From contig OX597826.1 of assembly GCA_951406725.2 (NCBI GenBank), positions 56,234,001-56,298,000 on the forward strand: a stretch of 64,000 nt of DNA, written 5' to 3'. Shown here one piece after another: positions 40,621 through 53,042 of the stretch (position 1 is its first letter; every line of letters begins with the position of its first letter). This DNA is from Octopus vulgaris (lineage: Eukaryota). The notes under the pieces were generated by a model that was not told the DNA's origin, searched no databases, and saw only the letters and a program-made list of their open reading frames with translations. A program made the position numbers and the translations under genes.

Positions 40621-40820
40621 CATTATTCAGTTTTATTTCAAGACTTTTTGCCAACCGAGAAAGTGCTGGTTTCTAACCTAGATCCGAGGTTTCTTCAATG
40701 GAATTCCAACATATGTATGAATGTATGTATGTTTATATGTATGTATATGTGTAGATTTATGTATATGTTTTGTTTTATGAATGTATTCTCATGCATATAG
40801 CTACATGTCTAGACATGATC
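40621..40820 (-). mobile_element. 3' UTR fragment of the (CATA)n-associated LINE seen at 47882-48510
   Basis: Shares catgtctagacatg..ctatatgcat..cataaaacaaaa and aattcca.tgaag..ggatct.g.ttagaa.cca, and ends in (CATA)n. Confidence 0.65.
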
Positions 40821-40848
40821 AGTTATAGTAGTAGTAGTAGACTTTTAT

Positions 40849-40911
<63 letters not shown>

Positions 40912-41683
40912 AATTATACTTGTCTGGAGAGTGGTCAGCGACGAAGCCATAGGTACAGACGCCACTGCAGAAGATGCAATAGTGGTTGGCAGGACCACGA
41001 GTTGGGTAAGGAAGTGTAAAAGTGTGCCAGGTGGTGGTGGACACACGCATGGTTATTGGTGTTGCTATTGCTATTGTTGCTGCTGTTGTTGTTGTTGTTG
41101 TAGTCGTTGTCGTTGTTGTTGTTGTTATTGTTGTTGCTGCTGTCGTGGGACATTTGGATGTGTGAGATCTTCAATATTGGGAAATGTCCGCTCGCTCAGT
41201 ATTTTGATACCTGTACTGTAACATATGGCTGGACTGTCTTGTAGAGACAAGTCGGAAAGTTTGTGTGTGTGTGCATGTGCATTTATACGCAAATATATAT
41301 ATATATATACACACACAAATATATAAGTGTGTATATATACATATATGTATATATACAGAGAGAGAGAGAGAGGGAGAGAGAGGGAGAGAGACTGGAAAAG
41401 AGATACATATATATATGGATAGGTACACAGACAGACAATTAGATCGATAGATTGATAGATAGATATGTAAGTATATATATGTGTGTGTATATACTTATAC
41501 ACACATATATATATATATAGAGAGAGAGAGGGTGGAAGAGAGGGGGAGAGAGAAAGAGAGATATTCATTGATCTTCAAACAAAAATTGTTCAATTTCGAT
41601 ACAATTACCTCGCAGTTATGAAGTGGAATGGAAAGTTGAAGTGTTGTCCTCGAAATATGTTCATGTGTGCGTCTGAGCGTCTG

Positions 41684-41743
<60 letters not shown>

Positions 41744-41889
41744 CGTGTGTGTGTACGAGTGTAGAGGGTGATATGTTGTGGTGGTCGCGGAGATTTTGTT
41801 AACAGAACAGCTGTCTTAGACGATAAAAAAAACACACAACCGATATAGGGAAGCGGTTGTTGTTGAGTAAACCTCGAGTCTTAATCATT

Positions 41890-42200
41890 GTCGGTTGACG
41901 ATGATGATGATGTTGATGGTGGTGGTGGTGGTGGAGGTGGAAGTGGATGTGGTGGTGGTTGTGGTTGTGGTGGTCTTTGTCTCAGTGGTAGCAGCGGTGA
42001 TGGTAGTGGTGATGATGTAGTAATGGTGGCTGTGGCTTTAGTGGTGGTGGTGGTGACGGTGGTGGTGGCTGTGGCTTTAGTAGTGGTGGTGGTGGTGGTG
42101 GTGGTGGTGGTGGTGGTAGTTGTGGCTTTAGTAGTGGTGGTGATGGTGGTGGTGGTGGCTGTGACTTTAGTAGTGGTAGTGGTGGTAGTGGTGGTGGTTT
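41890..42200. repeat. (GGT)n-rich array with higher-order gtggctttagt units
   Basis: Direct inspection. Confidence 0.85.
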
Positions 42201-43481
42201 GCGCGGTTGGAAACTCTCGAGAACAGACGCTCTCGTCTTTTATAGAGATCTTATTGACTTTCTCAAGTATCATTTGCAAAACATGGTGAGAGTGAGAGAG
42301 AGAGAGAACGAGTGAGAGAGAGAAAGAGAGAGAGAGAACGAGTGAGAGAGAGAGAGCGAGGGAGAGAGAGGGATGCCGTCTTGAAGTAAATATATTGAAA
42401 TATATATAGAAGTGAGTTCCGAAAATGGAAAGAGTGGATGGATCGCTCTAAGTATACGCTTATAGGTCGTAGAACGATGATTGGTCTGGGCAATTGCCCT
42501 TGGCATTCAGAGTGATCTTGAGTCTTTGAGGTTCTTCCATTAACTTTAGATGACTTTAAATGTCAGAAGACCTACACCGTCGTCGTCATCATCATCATCA
42601 CCAGCATCAGGAGCAGCAGTAGCATTAATATCATCATTCGATTTTCCATGTAATCTCCCACCCTTTCTCTGTGTCCTTGAAATTCTACCGTTCATCTGCC
42701 ACCCTGGTGACAAATAAAAGAATTCATTATTATGGTATCAATTATCTCCCTTACTCAAAATTCAGGCCTTGAGCTGACAAAATCGTTAGAATCTTCACCA
42801 TTTCTATGTTCAAATACCACCATGATCAATTTTACCTTTCACCCTCTCGAGGTCGATAATAGTCATGTACAGGAGTCTGTATAATTGACTAAATCCCTAT
42901 CCTTAAAAGTCTTGGCTTCGTACTAACATTCAAAGCTGCTATTATTATTTGATGAAAAATCTCAGCTCATTTTGCTGCGTATGACGGAAAGTGTCAGGTG
43001 TACACAGCCAGTAAACTTGTTTACTGATTATGCTTCTCAAGAATATAAGAGAATTATTGACCTCTATATGTGACTCCAAGAAAATGAACATTGGAGTATC
43101 TGCACGCTGTACCTTAAAGAGGAATGAATAAGATGACAGGAGAATATCATCGAATTTATACAAAATTATTTCATTAAATATTCTTCTTTCTCCTTTTTTC
43201 TTTCCTTTTTTCTGTTTTTTCTGTCTTTTTCTTTTCGCCTGTTATAAAATTGTAACTTAAAAACTGATGATGTCATTCCAGCAACGTGTGGACGCTGGTT
43301 GCTCTTGTTCATACTTTACGCTTAAATTTCTGTAATTTTAAATTTTTATCACTTCTTATTTTGAACTTGACAAAGACAGACTTACTGTTGAAATATCGTT
43401 CAATTAATAAAATATCTTACAATCGAATCGCGCTCTTCGTCTTGATTGTTTACCTCTGTGAAGAGTTACGTCAATCCTTTT

Positions 43482-43512
<31 letters not shown>

Positions 43513-43534
43513 CTACTACTATTATTATTATTCA

Positions 43535-43745
43535 AGGCGACGAACTGGCAGAATCATTAGCACTCCGAGCGAAATTCTAAGCGGTATTTCGCTTGTCCTT
43601 ACGTTCTGAGTTCAAATTCCGCTGAGTTCGACTTTGTCTTTCATCCTTTCAGGGTGATAAATTAAGTATCAGTGAAACATTGGGATCGATGTAATCCCCC
43701 TCCCCCAAAACTTCAGGCCTTGTGCCTTTAGTAGAAAAGATTATT
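43535..43745 (+). mobile_element. SINE family B
   Basis: aaggcgacgaactggcagaatc...ttcaggccttgtgcctttagtagaaa. Confidence 0.88.
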
Positions 43746-44112
43746 CTTCTTCAAATTGTTTTTGTTGTTGCTCTTGTTACTGAAGTAGTTTTACTTCTCA
43801 GAGCGCTTGGTCTTGTTTGATCTGGTAGATTCTGTGAGATTGGACAGCAGCCTGCTGTCAGAGGTCTCCCAGGATCTTATTCCAGACATTATAAGCTTTG
43901 ATACTTGGTTGTTAATTATATTCAACATCCAAATACCAAATACCCAGCAGAGCAGCTTTTTAGGTTTGCTCTGCTCTCATGTCAATTCCGACTTCTTCGA
44001 CATATTTCTTGAACTTGGTTGTTAGTGCTCCGAGTGCCCCTACAACCACTGGAATGACAGACACTCTCTTGATAGTACACATCCCATAGGCGATCCCATA
44101 GTACAGATCCAT

Positions 44113-44550
44113 AGGCGTAGGAGTGGCTGTGTGGTAAGTAGATTGCTTACCAACCATATGGTTCCGGGTTCAGTCCCACTGCGTGGCACCCTGGGCAAGC
44201 GTCGTCTACTATAGCCTCGGGCCGACCAAAGCCTTGTGAGTGGATTTGGTAGACGGAAACTGAAAGAAGTCCGTCGTATATATGCATATATATGCATATA
44301 TATGTATATATATGTATATATGTAAGTGTGTGTATATATGTTTGTGTGTCTGTGTTTGTCGCCCCAACATTGCTTGACAACCGATGCTGGTGTGTTTATG
44401 TCCCCGTAACTTAGCGGTTTGGCAAAAGGGTCCGATAGAATAAGTACTAGGCTTCCAAAGAATAAGTCCTGGGATCGATCTGATCGACTAAAGGCGGTGC
44501 TCTAGCATGGCCACAGTCAAATGACTGAAACAAGTAAAAGAGTGAAAGAG
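44113..44550 (+). mobile_element. Full-length SINE family A
   Basis: ggcgtaggagtggctgtgtgg...aagtaaaagagtgaaagag. Confidence 0.92.
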
Positions 44551-44620
44551 ATCCTACAAACGGGCGATTTGCTTCTCTTATCTATTTGGAACTTAGCGTA
44601 ATTAGTTCTCAGAACTAATC

Positions 44621-45025
44621 GAGTGGCTGTGTGGTAAGTAGCTTGTTTACATACCACATGGTTCCGGGTTCAGTCCCACTGCGTGGCATCTTGGGCAAGT
44701 GTCTTCTACTATAGCCTCGGGCCGACCAAAGCCTTGTGAGTGGATTTGGTAGACGGAAACTGAAAGAAGCCCGTCGTATATATGTATATATGTATATGTG
44801 TGCGTGGGTGTTTGCGTGTTTGTGTTTGTTCCCCTAGCATTGCTTGACAACCGATGCTGGTGTGTTTATGTCCCCGTTACTTAGCGGTTTGGCAAAAGAG
44901 ACCGATAGAATAAGTACTGGACTTACAAAAGAATAAGTCCCGGGGTCGAGTTGCTCGATTAAAGGCGGTGCACCAGCATGGCCGCAGTCAAATGAGTGAA
45001 ACAAGTAAAAGAGTATAAAAGAGTA
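44621..45025 (+). mobile_element. Near full-length SINE family A
   Basis: gagtggctgtgtggtaagtagc...aagtaaaagagtataaaagag. Confidence 0.92.
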
Positions 45026-45521
45026 TAATACCTCAGTGCATCCTTTTTTAGATCACTTGGATCACTTCTTAGTCATCTCCAATTGTTGGTCTTGTCTTTT
45101 CCTTCGATTCCCGTGGTTTTGACCATGCAGTGATTTCATTTTCCAATTGTTTTCTCTTACACCTTCATCTCGTTTCTAAGCTGTTTGTGGGTGCATCACA
45201 TATTCGGCAGGTATTGTATTGCTAATACAAAACAAGCAGCAAGCAAGGCTTCACTCTGCTGTTTGATGTACCACCTCAGACTGTTCTTGTCGTTGACAAC
45301 ACAGATCTTGCATCCTAGGAGGCCTCTTCCTCCCCTGTTCCTAGGCACATACAGCCTGTCAGTATCGCTTTTGGGTGTAGTTCTTTGTTGTCATCACTTT
45401 TCTGGTGTTCCTGTCAATTTCCTCCAGTTCGTTCTTTGTCTGCCTAATAACACCTGCATTAAGGATACAACCCATGTGTTCATTGCCCTGGTCTTCTTTT
45501 TTTCCCATTGAGCCTACTTCC

Positions 45522-45524
45522 CAC

Positions 45525-45620
<96 letters not shown>

Positions 45621-45711
45621 TATTATTATTATTATCATTATTATTATTATTATTATCATCATCATCATCATCATCATCATTATTAATATTATTATTAATA
45701 TTATTATTATT

Positions 45712-45764
<53 letters not shown>

Positions 45765-45985
45765 TATCATTATCATCATCATCATCATCATTATTATTAT
45801 TATCCTCATCATCATCATCATCATTTTTATTATTATTATTATCATTATTATTATTATTATCATCATTATTATTATTATTATTATTATTATCATCATCATC
45901 ATTATTATTATTATTATCATTATTATTATCATTATTATCGTTATCATTATCATTATCATTATCATTCTTCTTCTTCTTCTTCATC

Positions 45986-46052
<67 letters not shown>

Positions 46053-46072
46053 CATTATTATTATTATTATTT
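45522..46072. repeat. 550-bp in-register (ATT/ATC)n array
   Basis: Direct inspection; it produces the poly-Ile ORF artefact. Confidence 0.97.
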
Positions 46073-46485
46073 AAGGCGATGAGCTGGCAGAATCGTTTGC
46101 ACGCTAGGCAAGATGTTTAGCGGTATTTCACCTGTCTTTGCGTTCTGAGTTCAAATTCCACCGAGGTCAAATTTGTCTTTCATCCTTTCGGGGTCAATAA
46201 AGTAACAGTTTAATCGACTTAATCCCTTGCCCCAACATTGCTGGCCTTGTGCTAGTATTTGATTCTATCCTTATTGTTATTATTGTTTTTTGGCGCTATC
46301 CTTGTTGTTATAAATGCGGTATATTAGCAGAATTATTAGAACGCTGGACAAAATGTTTTGTAGTATTTGTTCCGGCTCTTAACATTCCGAGTTCAAATCC
46401 TGCCGAGGTCAACCTAATCATTTACTCCACCGGGGTCGTTGAAATGTCGTAGCAATCAAGTACCGGGGTTTATTTAATCGACTAA
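46073..46485 (+). mobile_element. Two degraded SINE family B copies
   Basis: aaggcgatgagctggcagaatc at 46073; tagcagaatt..gagttcaaatcctgccgaggtcaac at ~46325. Confidence 0.8.
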
Positions 46486-46611
46486 ATTGCTCCTTTCAAA
46501 TTGGTTCATCCTGCGTCTAATTAAAAAAACCAGCATCATCAGCACCATCACAATCATAATCACCATCACCATCTTCAGCACCGCCACCATTACTATCTTC
46601 ATCAAGATCAC

Positions 46612-46653
<42 letters not shown>

Positions 46654-46808
46654 TATCATTGTATTTTCTTTCTCTGTTCAACATCAACATTCTCATCATT
46701 TCCACCCACTTCACATCATCACCTTTATCATCATCATCATCATCATCCTTATCATCATCATCATAATCATCAGCAACAACGTCATCATCGTCATCATCAG
46801 CAACAACG

Positions 46809-46843
<35 letters not shown>

Positions 46844-47881
46844 GTCATTCTTATCGCTATTACCTTCAGTGATTTAATTTTCATTCCTTCTCGAACTTTT
46901 TCATTGTTAACCACAATGGTTTTTTTCTAGAAAAATTAACTGACTCATTCTCCATCTCTACACCCCCCCCCCTTCACTCCCTCTTTCTTTCTCTCCTTCC
47001 TTCCTTTCTTTCTTTCTTTCTGTCTTCCTTCCCACCTCCACTCTACTTCCCTAACGATGTCTGTCAAAACATCAACCTACATCAACCCAAATTCCTTCTT
47101 TCTTTTTCCTTTCCTTCTTTCTTTTTCTTTCCTTCTTTTATTTTTAATATTTATTTTCGTATCAGTCAGTGAAATTCCGTGGCCCCAGAATTGTTTTTGC
47201 TGTTGTTGTTGTTGCTTTTATCTTTTAGATTACAACAAGTTAGGCTATTTCATGTGGGCGTCCTTCGTATCGCTCACACCCCTAACAGACGATTTAAGTC
47301 GTTAACTTATTAGGATCAGAGTCAGAATAATTCTAGTTGATGAGATGCTTGTTTCTGATTTCGAGTTTTACTCCTACTTTCTGCACCTTTTTTCTGGGTT
47401 TTTTTTTGAATTTTAATTATTTTACTATTGAGAGTTCTTGAATCTGCCACATCCAGTTTGGCGTTGGATGGATGACCTTAAGAATTTTGGTTGGGATTGA
47501 CGTGATTAACATAGGGTGTATTTTATAACAAGGGCATCCTTCAAGCGACCAATCTTTAAGCCTTGGTTTCAGATTTGAGTGATTACTTTAAACAACCCGC
47601 GCATACACACACACGCACTCACACACACATACTTACACACAAACACACACACATACATACATACAAAAATACATACATACATACATACATACATACATAC
47701 ATACATACATACACACACACATACATACATACATACATACATGCATACATACATACATACATACATACATACATACATACATACACATACACATACATAC
47801 ATACATACATACATACATACATACATACATACATACATACATACATACATACATACATACATACATACATACATACATACA

Positions 47882-48510
47882 TTATGTAACACACTAAGTA
47901 CTAATCTTGAGAAATTAGGCTTCTCAAAATCAGAATGGAGAAAGTTGATTCGAAGACTACAGATCCAAGACATTACTGCAACTGTAAAAATCTGTAAAAC
48001 TTTCCAGAAGTAAATATGAGCATGTCTAGACATGAAACTATATGCATTAAAATGTATACATAAAACAAAATTTACAAATCTACACACATACATACATACA
48101 TACATACATACATACATACATACATACATACATACATACATACATACATACATACATACATGTATACATACATCCAGTCCAGTACACACGTTTTTTTTCT
48201 CTCCTTTCTTTCTGTTTTCCTTTCTGTGGAAGAGCGTAGGTTCGAAACGTAACAGACTTTTTCAATTCCTGAACGTTATACTAATACATCTGAGCGTTAT
48301 ACTAAAACATCTGTTTCCTGAGCTTTATACTAATACATCTGTCTTCGTCTTTTGCTTTTTTTTTTTCGTGAATTCTCCCCCTATACATACATGTATACAA
48401 AAATACAGTGTTGATGTTAAAATTCCAATGAAGCATCCTTGGATCTTGTTTAGAAGCCAACTCTTTCTCCATTGGCACGAAACTGCAGAATAGAACCAAA
48501 TAACGGCAAA
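47882..48510 (+). mobile_element. 3' end of a restriction-like-endonuclease-type LINE embedded in (CATA)n
   Basis: LSTNLEKLGFSKSEWRKLIRRLQIQDITATVKICKTFQK* followed by a UTR matching 40621-40820. Clade assignment is tentative. Confidence 0.55.
48172..48383 (+). mobile_element. Short Penelope-terminus-like element with degenerate hammerhead
   Basis: CUGUGGA A GAGC-GUAG-GUUC GAAACGUA at 48224-48251. Downstream ttcctga.cgt..taatac resembles 51865-51890, and a ~21-bp unit is triplicated. Confidence 0.55.
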
Positions 48511-49255
48511 CATACATATACACATACATACATACATGCATACATACATGAATACATACATACATACACACATGCATACATGCATAACTGCATACATGCA
48601 TACATGCATACATGCATACATACATACGTACATGTATACACACCTGCATACATGCATACATACATACGTACATGTATACATGCATACATGCATACATGCA
48701 TACATACATGCATACATACATACATATATGCATACATACATGCATACATAGATACATATATGCATACATGTATACATGCATACATACATGCATACATACA
48801 TGCATACATACATACATATATGCATACATACATGCATACATAGATACATATATGCATACATGCATACATGCATACATACATGCATACATACATATATGCA
48901 TACATGCATACATACATGCATGCATACATACATACATGCATTCATGCATACATACATACATACAAACATACATACATACATACATGCATACATACATACA
49001 TGCATGCATACATGCATACATACATGCATACATACATACAAACATATATACATACATACATGCATACATACATACATGCATACATACATACATACATACA
49101 TACATACAAACATACATACATACATACATACATGCATACATACATATATGCATGCATGCATGCATACATACATACACACATGCATACATGCATACATACA
49201 TACATACATACATACATACATACATACATACATACATACATACATACATACATAC
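48510..49255. repeat. (CATA/CATG)n compound tetranucleotide array
   Basis: Direct inspection. Confidence 0.97.
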
Positions 49256-49737
49256 GGAAAAACCCTCACACGATGAATATGTCTGGTACCAACGATGCAC
49301 GCGTACAGAGTGCAAACTGAACATGTATATATGCGTAGCCAGTATACATACGTGTTAACGCCCCCTGATGATGTAGTCTTGGCTATTCTGGTTAGAATTT
49401 GTTAGAATAGAAACAACAGAAAATGGATCATACCTAGAGTTTTAGTAAAATATTTATCTTATACAAGAGTTGTACAAACGCCTGAACTTCCTGATTCAGA
49501 TAAAAAAAGACAACGCCAGAAATGAGGGCTGTAGAAACAGAAACAGTTATGGTAGTGCCGTAGCATGGCCACAGTCGATGGTTGAGACAAGTAAGAGAGT
49601 TGAAGAGTAAAAGCGTAAAATCGGTAACGTTAGGTTCGATACCCAGGATGGGATTGCTTCCTGTTTCCTAAATTGCTTTTTGTAACAGCGTGATATCTGG
49701 CTTACCTCATGGTTTTCACACATATACATACGTACAT

Positions 49738-49770
<33 letters not shown>

Positions 49771-50148
49771 CACACACAAAACGCAAACACGCTCACACAC
49801 TCGCACACATACTGACACACACTTAGACATAAACTCACACACACTCAGACATAAACTCACACACATGCAAGAGAAAGAGTGAGCACTTAAATCATTTACA
49901 TCATATATGTGTGTGTGTATACATTTTAGGTTTGTGTGTGTGTGTGTACATATGTGCTTGGAAGCATATGTGAGTGTACGTGTGTGTACCTGCGTGCATG
50001 AGCATTCGTATATGTGTATGTACGTTCACAAATGCACCCTGCTAAATAAGATAAAGAAAATGCGTGTGTATATACAAACACTTTTATATACATTTATACA
50101 TGTACACTCATCCACAGACATACAGATATATATATATATATGTATATA

Positions 50149-50208
<60 letters not shown>

Positions 50209-50355
50209 GTATATGTATATATACATATATATATATAAGTATATGTGTATGTATATATAAATATATATGTGTTTGTATGTATGTATATATATATATATAT
50301 ATATGTGCATACATATATATATATATGTACATATGTATATATATATATATGTACA

Positions 50356-50442
<87 letters not shown>

Positions 50443-50837
50443 TGTACATATGCATACACGGAAAGCCGGATACACAACTCAGATATATTTCATGTAAGCA
50501 TTTCTTTTTTTTAAATGAAAATCTTCGAGAGCTTCAAGAGGAAAATACAAACCAGATGTGAATTAAGTTACGACGGTGTTTCCTTTCTATATTTGTGTAG
50601 ATCAGATCTTTAATTTAGAATATAAACTGATCTATTTATTTAGATCTCTTATGCTATGGTTGCAAGTTTTGCCCCCCAACCCCAACCCCACCCGTCTTTT
50701 TTTTTTTGGGGGAGTTTTTGTTGTTTTTTAGTTTGTATTATTTTTCTCTCTTTTTTCTTTCAGCTGCTCTCGTTGGCTAACATTTTTTTTTTCCTTGGTC
50801 ATATTTTTTTTTTCTGGCAACACGAGAAGCACTTGTG

Positions 50838-50902
<65 letters not shown>

Positions 50903-51088
50903 CGTGTGAGTGTGTGTGTGTTTATGTGTTTGTCATGTATGTGTGATGTATGTGCATTTGTGTACGGCTGTGTTTTCGACAAATATATGATATGCATATA
51001 TATATATATTGTATATTTATATGCATATATATACACACATATATATACATATGAAATTATATATATGTATATATATATATAAAATTAC

Positions 51089-51120
<32 letters not shown>

Positions 51121-51515
51121 ATATACATTAATACATTTATATATATATATATTTATATATCATATCTGGGTGGGTCGGGGGTGAAATAAATCATACTTAG
51201 TGGCCGAATGTTTCGGTCTCTCGGACCTGTCAAACGATTAATAAATTTTAACAGTTTTCTTGAATTAAACTTCCCGAAAGTGCATATGCGGTTAATCATT
51301 GTAAGATCATGATTTATTTAGAAATAAGGAGTTTCTAAAATAAACGGATATTTTTTTGTAAATACACAGATATGCAGATATCAGAGCTCGTTGGGGGAAT
51401 ATAAATTGACATAACATGCGATCATAGCGGACAGATTGTAAATGAAACGAGGTAACTGTAGGAATACGATTAGTGTTGTTTTCCATTGACTATATCAATC
51501 AATCTGTCTATTGAT

Positions 51516-51554
<39 letters not shown>

Positions 51555-51749
51555 GGAGCAGGCGTGGCTGTGTGGTAAGAAGCTTGCTTCCCAACCATAT
51601 CGTTCCGGGTTCTGTCGCACTGCGTGGCACCCTGGTCAAGTGTCTTCTACTATAGCCTCGGGCTGACCAAAGCCTTGTCAGTGAATTTGTTAGTCAGAAA
51701 CCGAAAGAAGCTTGTCGTATATATATATATATATATATATATATTTCAA

Positions 51750-51952
51750 AATGTGATCGCGTGTGTACCGTTGGCGATTTTTTTCCCTCCGTCTTCCTTC
51801 CTTTGGATCTTTCCTTTTCCTATGTTTCTGACGAAGAGCTCCGCTCGAAACGTTAAATCCTCCTTCTTTCCTGAGCGTACAATAATACTATACTTGTTCC
51901 ACGTCCTCGCGTTGATGTGTTTTCTCTTTATGTTTTCATGTTTGGATTAACT
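51750..51952 (+). mobile_element. ~200-bp non-coding element with hammerhead motif
   Basis: Homologue of 20785-20995 with (TA)n on both sides. Confidence 0.75.
51824..51858 (+). ncRNA. Minimal type I hammerhead ribozyme motif, canonical core
   Basis: GUUU CUGACGA A GAGC-UCC-GCUC GAAA C GUU AAAU. Predicted cleavage after 51854. Confidence 0.75.
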
Positions 51953-52276
51953 ATATATATATATATATATATATATACATACATAGAGAGAGAAAGGGAT
52001 CTATACATATCCGTGTATCGTTTTTTGTCTGTATCCCCCCCCCCATCACCGCTTGACAACCGGTGTTGATTTGCTTACGTTCCCGTAACCTTGGGGATTG
52101 GCAAAAGAAACCGATAGAATAAGTATTAGGCTTTAAAAAATAAGTTCTGGAGTCAGTTTGTTCGACAAAATCCCTTCAAAGCAATCCAGCATGGCCTGCA
52201 TCAATTGACTGAAAGAAGCAAAAGAATGAATGAATAAAAGAATACATTTATATACATACGTTTATGTGTGTACGTA

Positions 52277-52960
52277 CGAGATCTGATCAATAAGTATCCG
52301 GACTGCTGCCTTAGTAACGAAGCTAAAGCAAGCAGAGTAAATCTGCTTGACACAGATTGACTTTGGACTAAGTTTAACGTTCTACCTCACTTCTACTGTT
52401 TATAGCAGTATTTGGAAGGAACATGTGTAGTGTGTGATCGTCACATTGACCATGACAGAGAAAGTTGTCATGGTGATACCTTCTCAGAGGCCTACGAAAA
52501 GTTGCAGAAAGTGTATGGAAAGGAGTGTATGAGCCGCACACAAGTGTACGAGTGGTTCAGAAGTTTCCAAGATAACCGAAAAAATGCTGATAGGGTCGAA
52601 TGCTCTGGGAGACCCATAACCAGCAGAACTGAGAAAAACATTGCAGATGTGCGTGCAGTTGTGAGGGGAAATCGTCGAATCACCATTCGTGAGTTGTCAG
52701 AGCATGTGAAGATTAGTTACGGTTCAGTTCAGTCCATTAACACTGGAGACTGAGGTATGAGACGCGTATCTGCCAAGTTTTTTTGCCAAAACTGCTTTCA
52801 GCTGACCAGAAAGACACTCGGGTTTCAGTTGCACAAGATCTCCTTGATTGTGTTGAGAACGATGAAAACATTTTGAAAACTTTGCGTAGATCTCTGAGCA
52901 GGTATCGCCAAGTCTTTGGCAAAATTTGATGCAGATTTTCTGCTCAACAGATTTTCTGCA
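52277..52960. mobile_element. Second copy of the 5'-5' mariner foldback element, right arm truncated
   Basis: TA-cgagatctgatcaataagtatccgg, with the same internal junctions as 21943-22832. Confidence 0.88.
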
Positions 52961-53042
52961 CATACATACATACATACATACATACATACATACATACATA
53001 CATACATACATACATACATACATACATACATACATACATACA

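Larger units (their letters stand above)
43760..45500 (-). mobile_element. Second R4/Dong-type LINE, 3' part, split by two SINEs
   Basis: HPKSDTDRLYVPRNRGGRGL, KSPVCR (zinc knuckle start) and VIPVVVGALG..KKYVEEVGI. Confidence 0.8.
51555..52240 (+). mobile_element. SINE family A hosting a hammerhead-bearing insert in its internal (TA)n
   Basis: 5' half at 51555-51720 and 3' half at 52025-52240. Confidence 0.8.

Noticed and set aside
40660-40705. Hammerhead-like UUGAAGA AACCU..AGGUU AGAAAC in the LINE 3' UTR (minus strand)
   Set aside because: Extra A before GAAA, no UH or stem I, and the second copy at ~48430 differs in the core.
45480-46074. Long poly-Ile, poly-Met and poly-Asn/Asp ORFs
   Set aside because: Translations of (ATT/ATC)n.
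48302-49358. 300+ aa MYVC/HTYI ORFs (also at 28-30 kb, 47.6 kb and 59 kb)
   Set aside because: Translations of tetranucleotide microsatellites.
49360-49420. CTGATGA ... GAAAC hammerhead
   Set aside because: The stem next to GAAAC is 12 nt away from the core, and there is no stem I or III.
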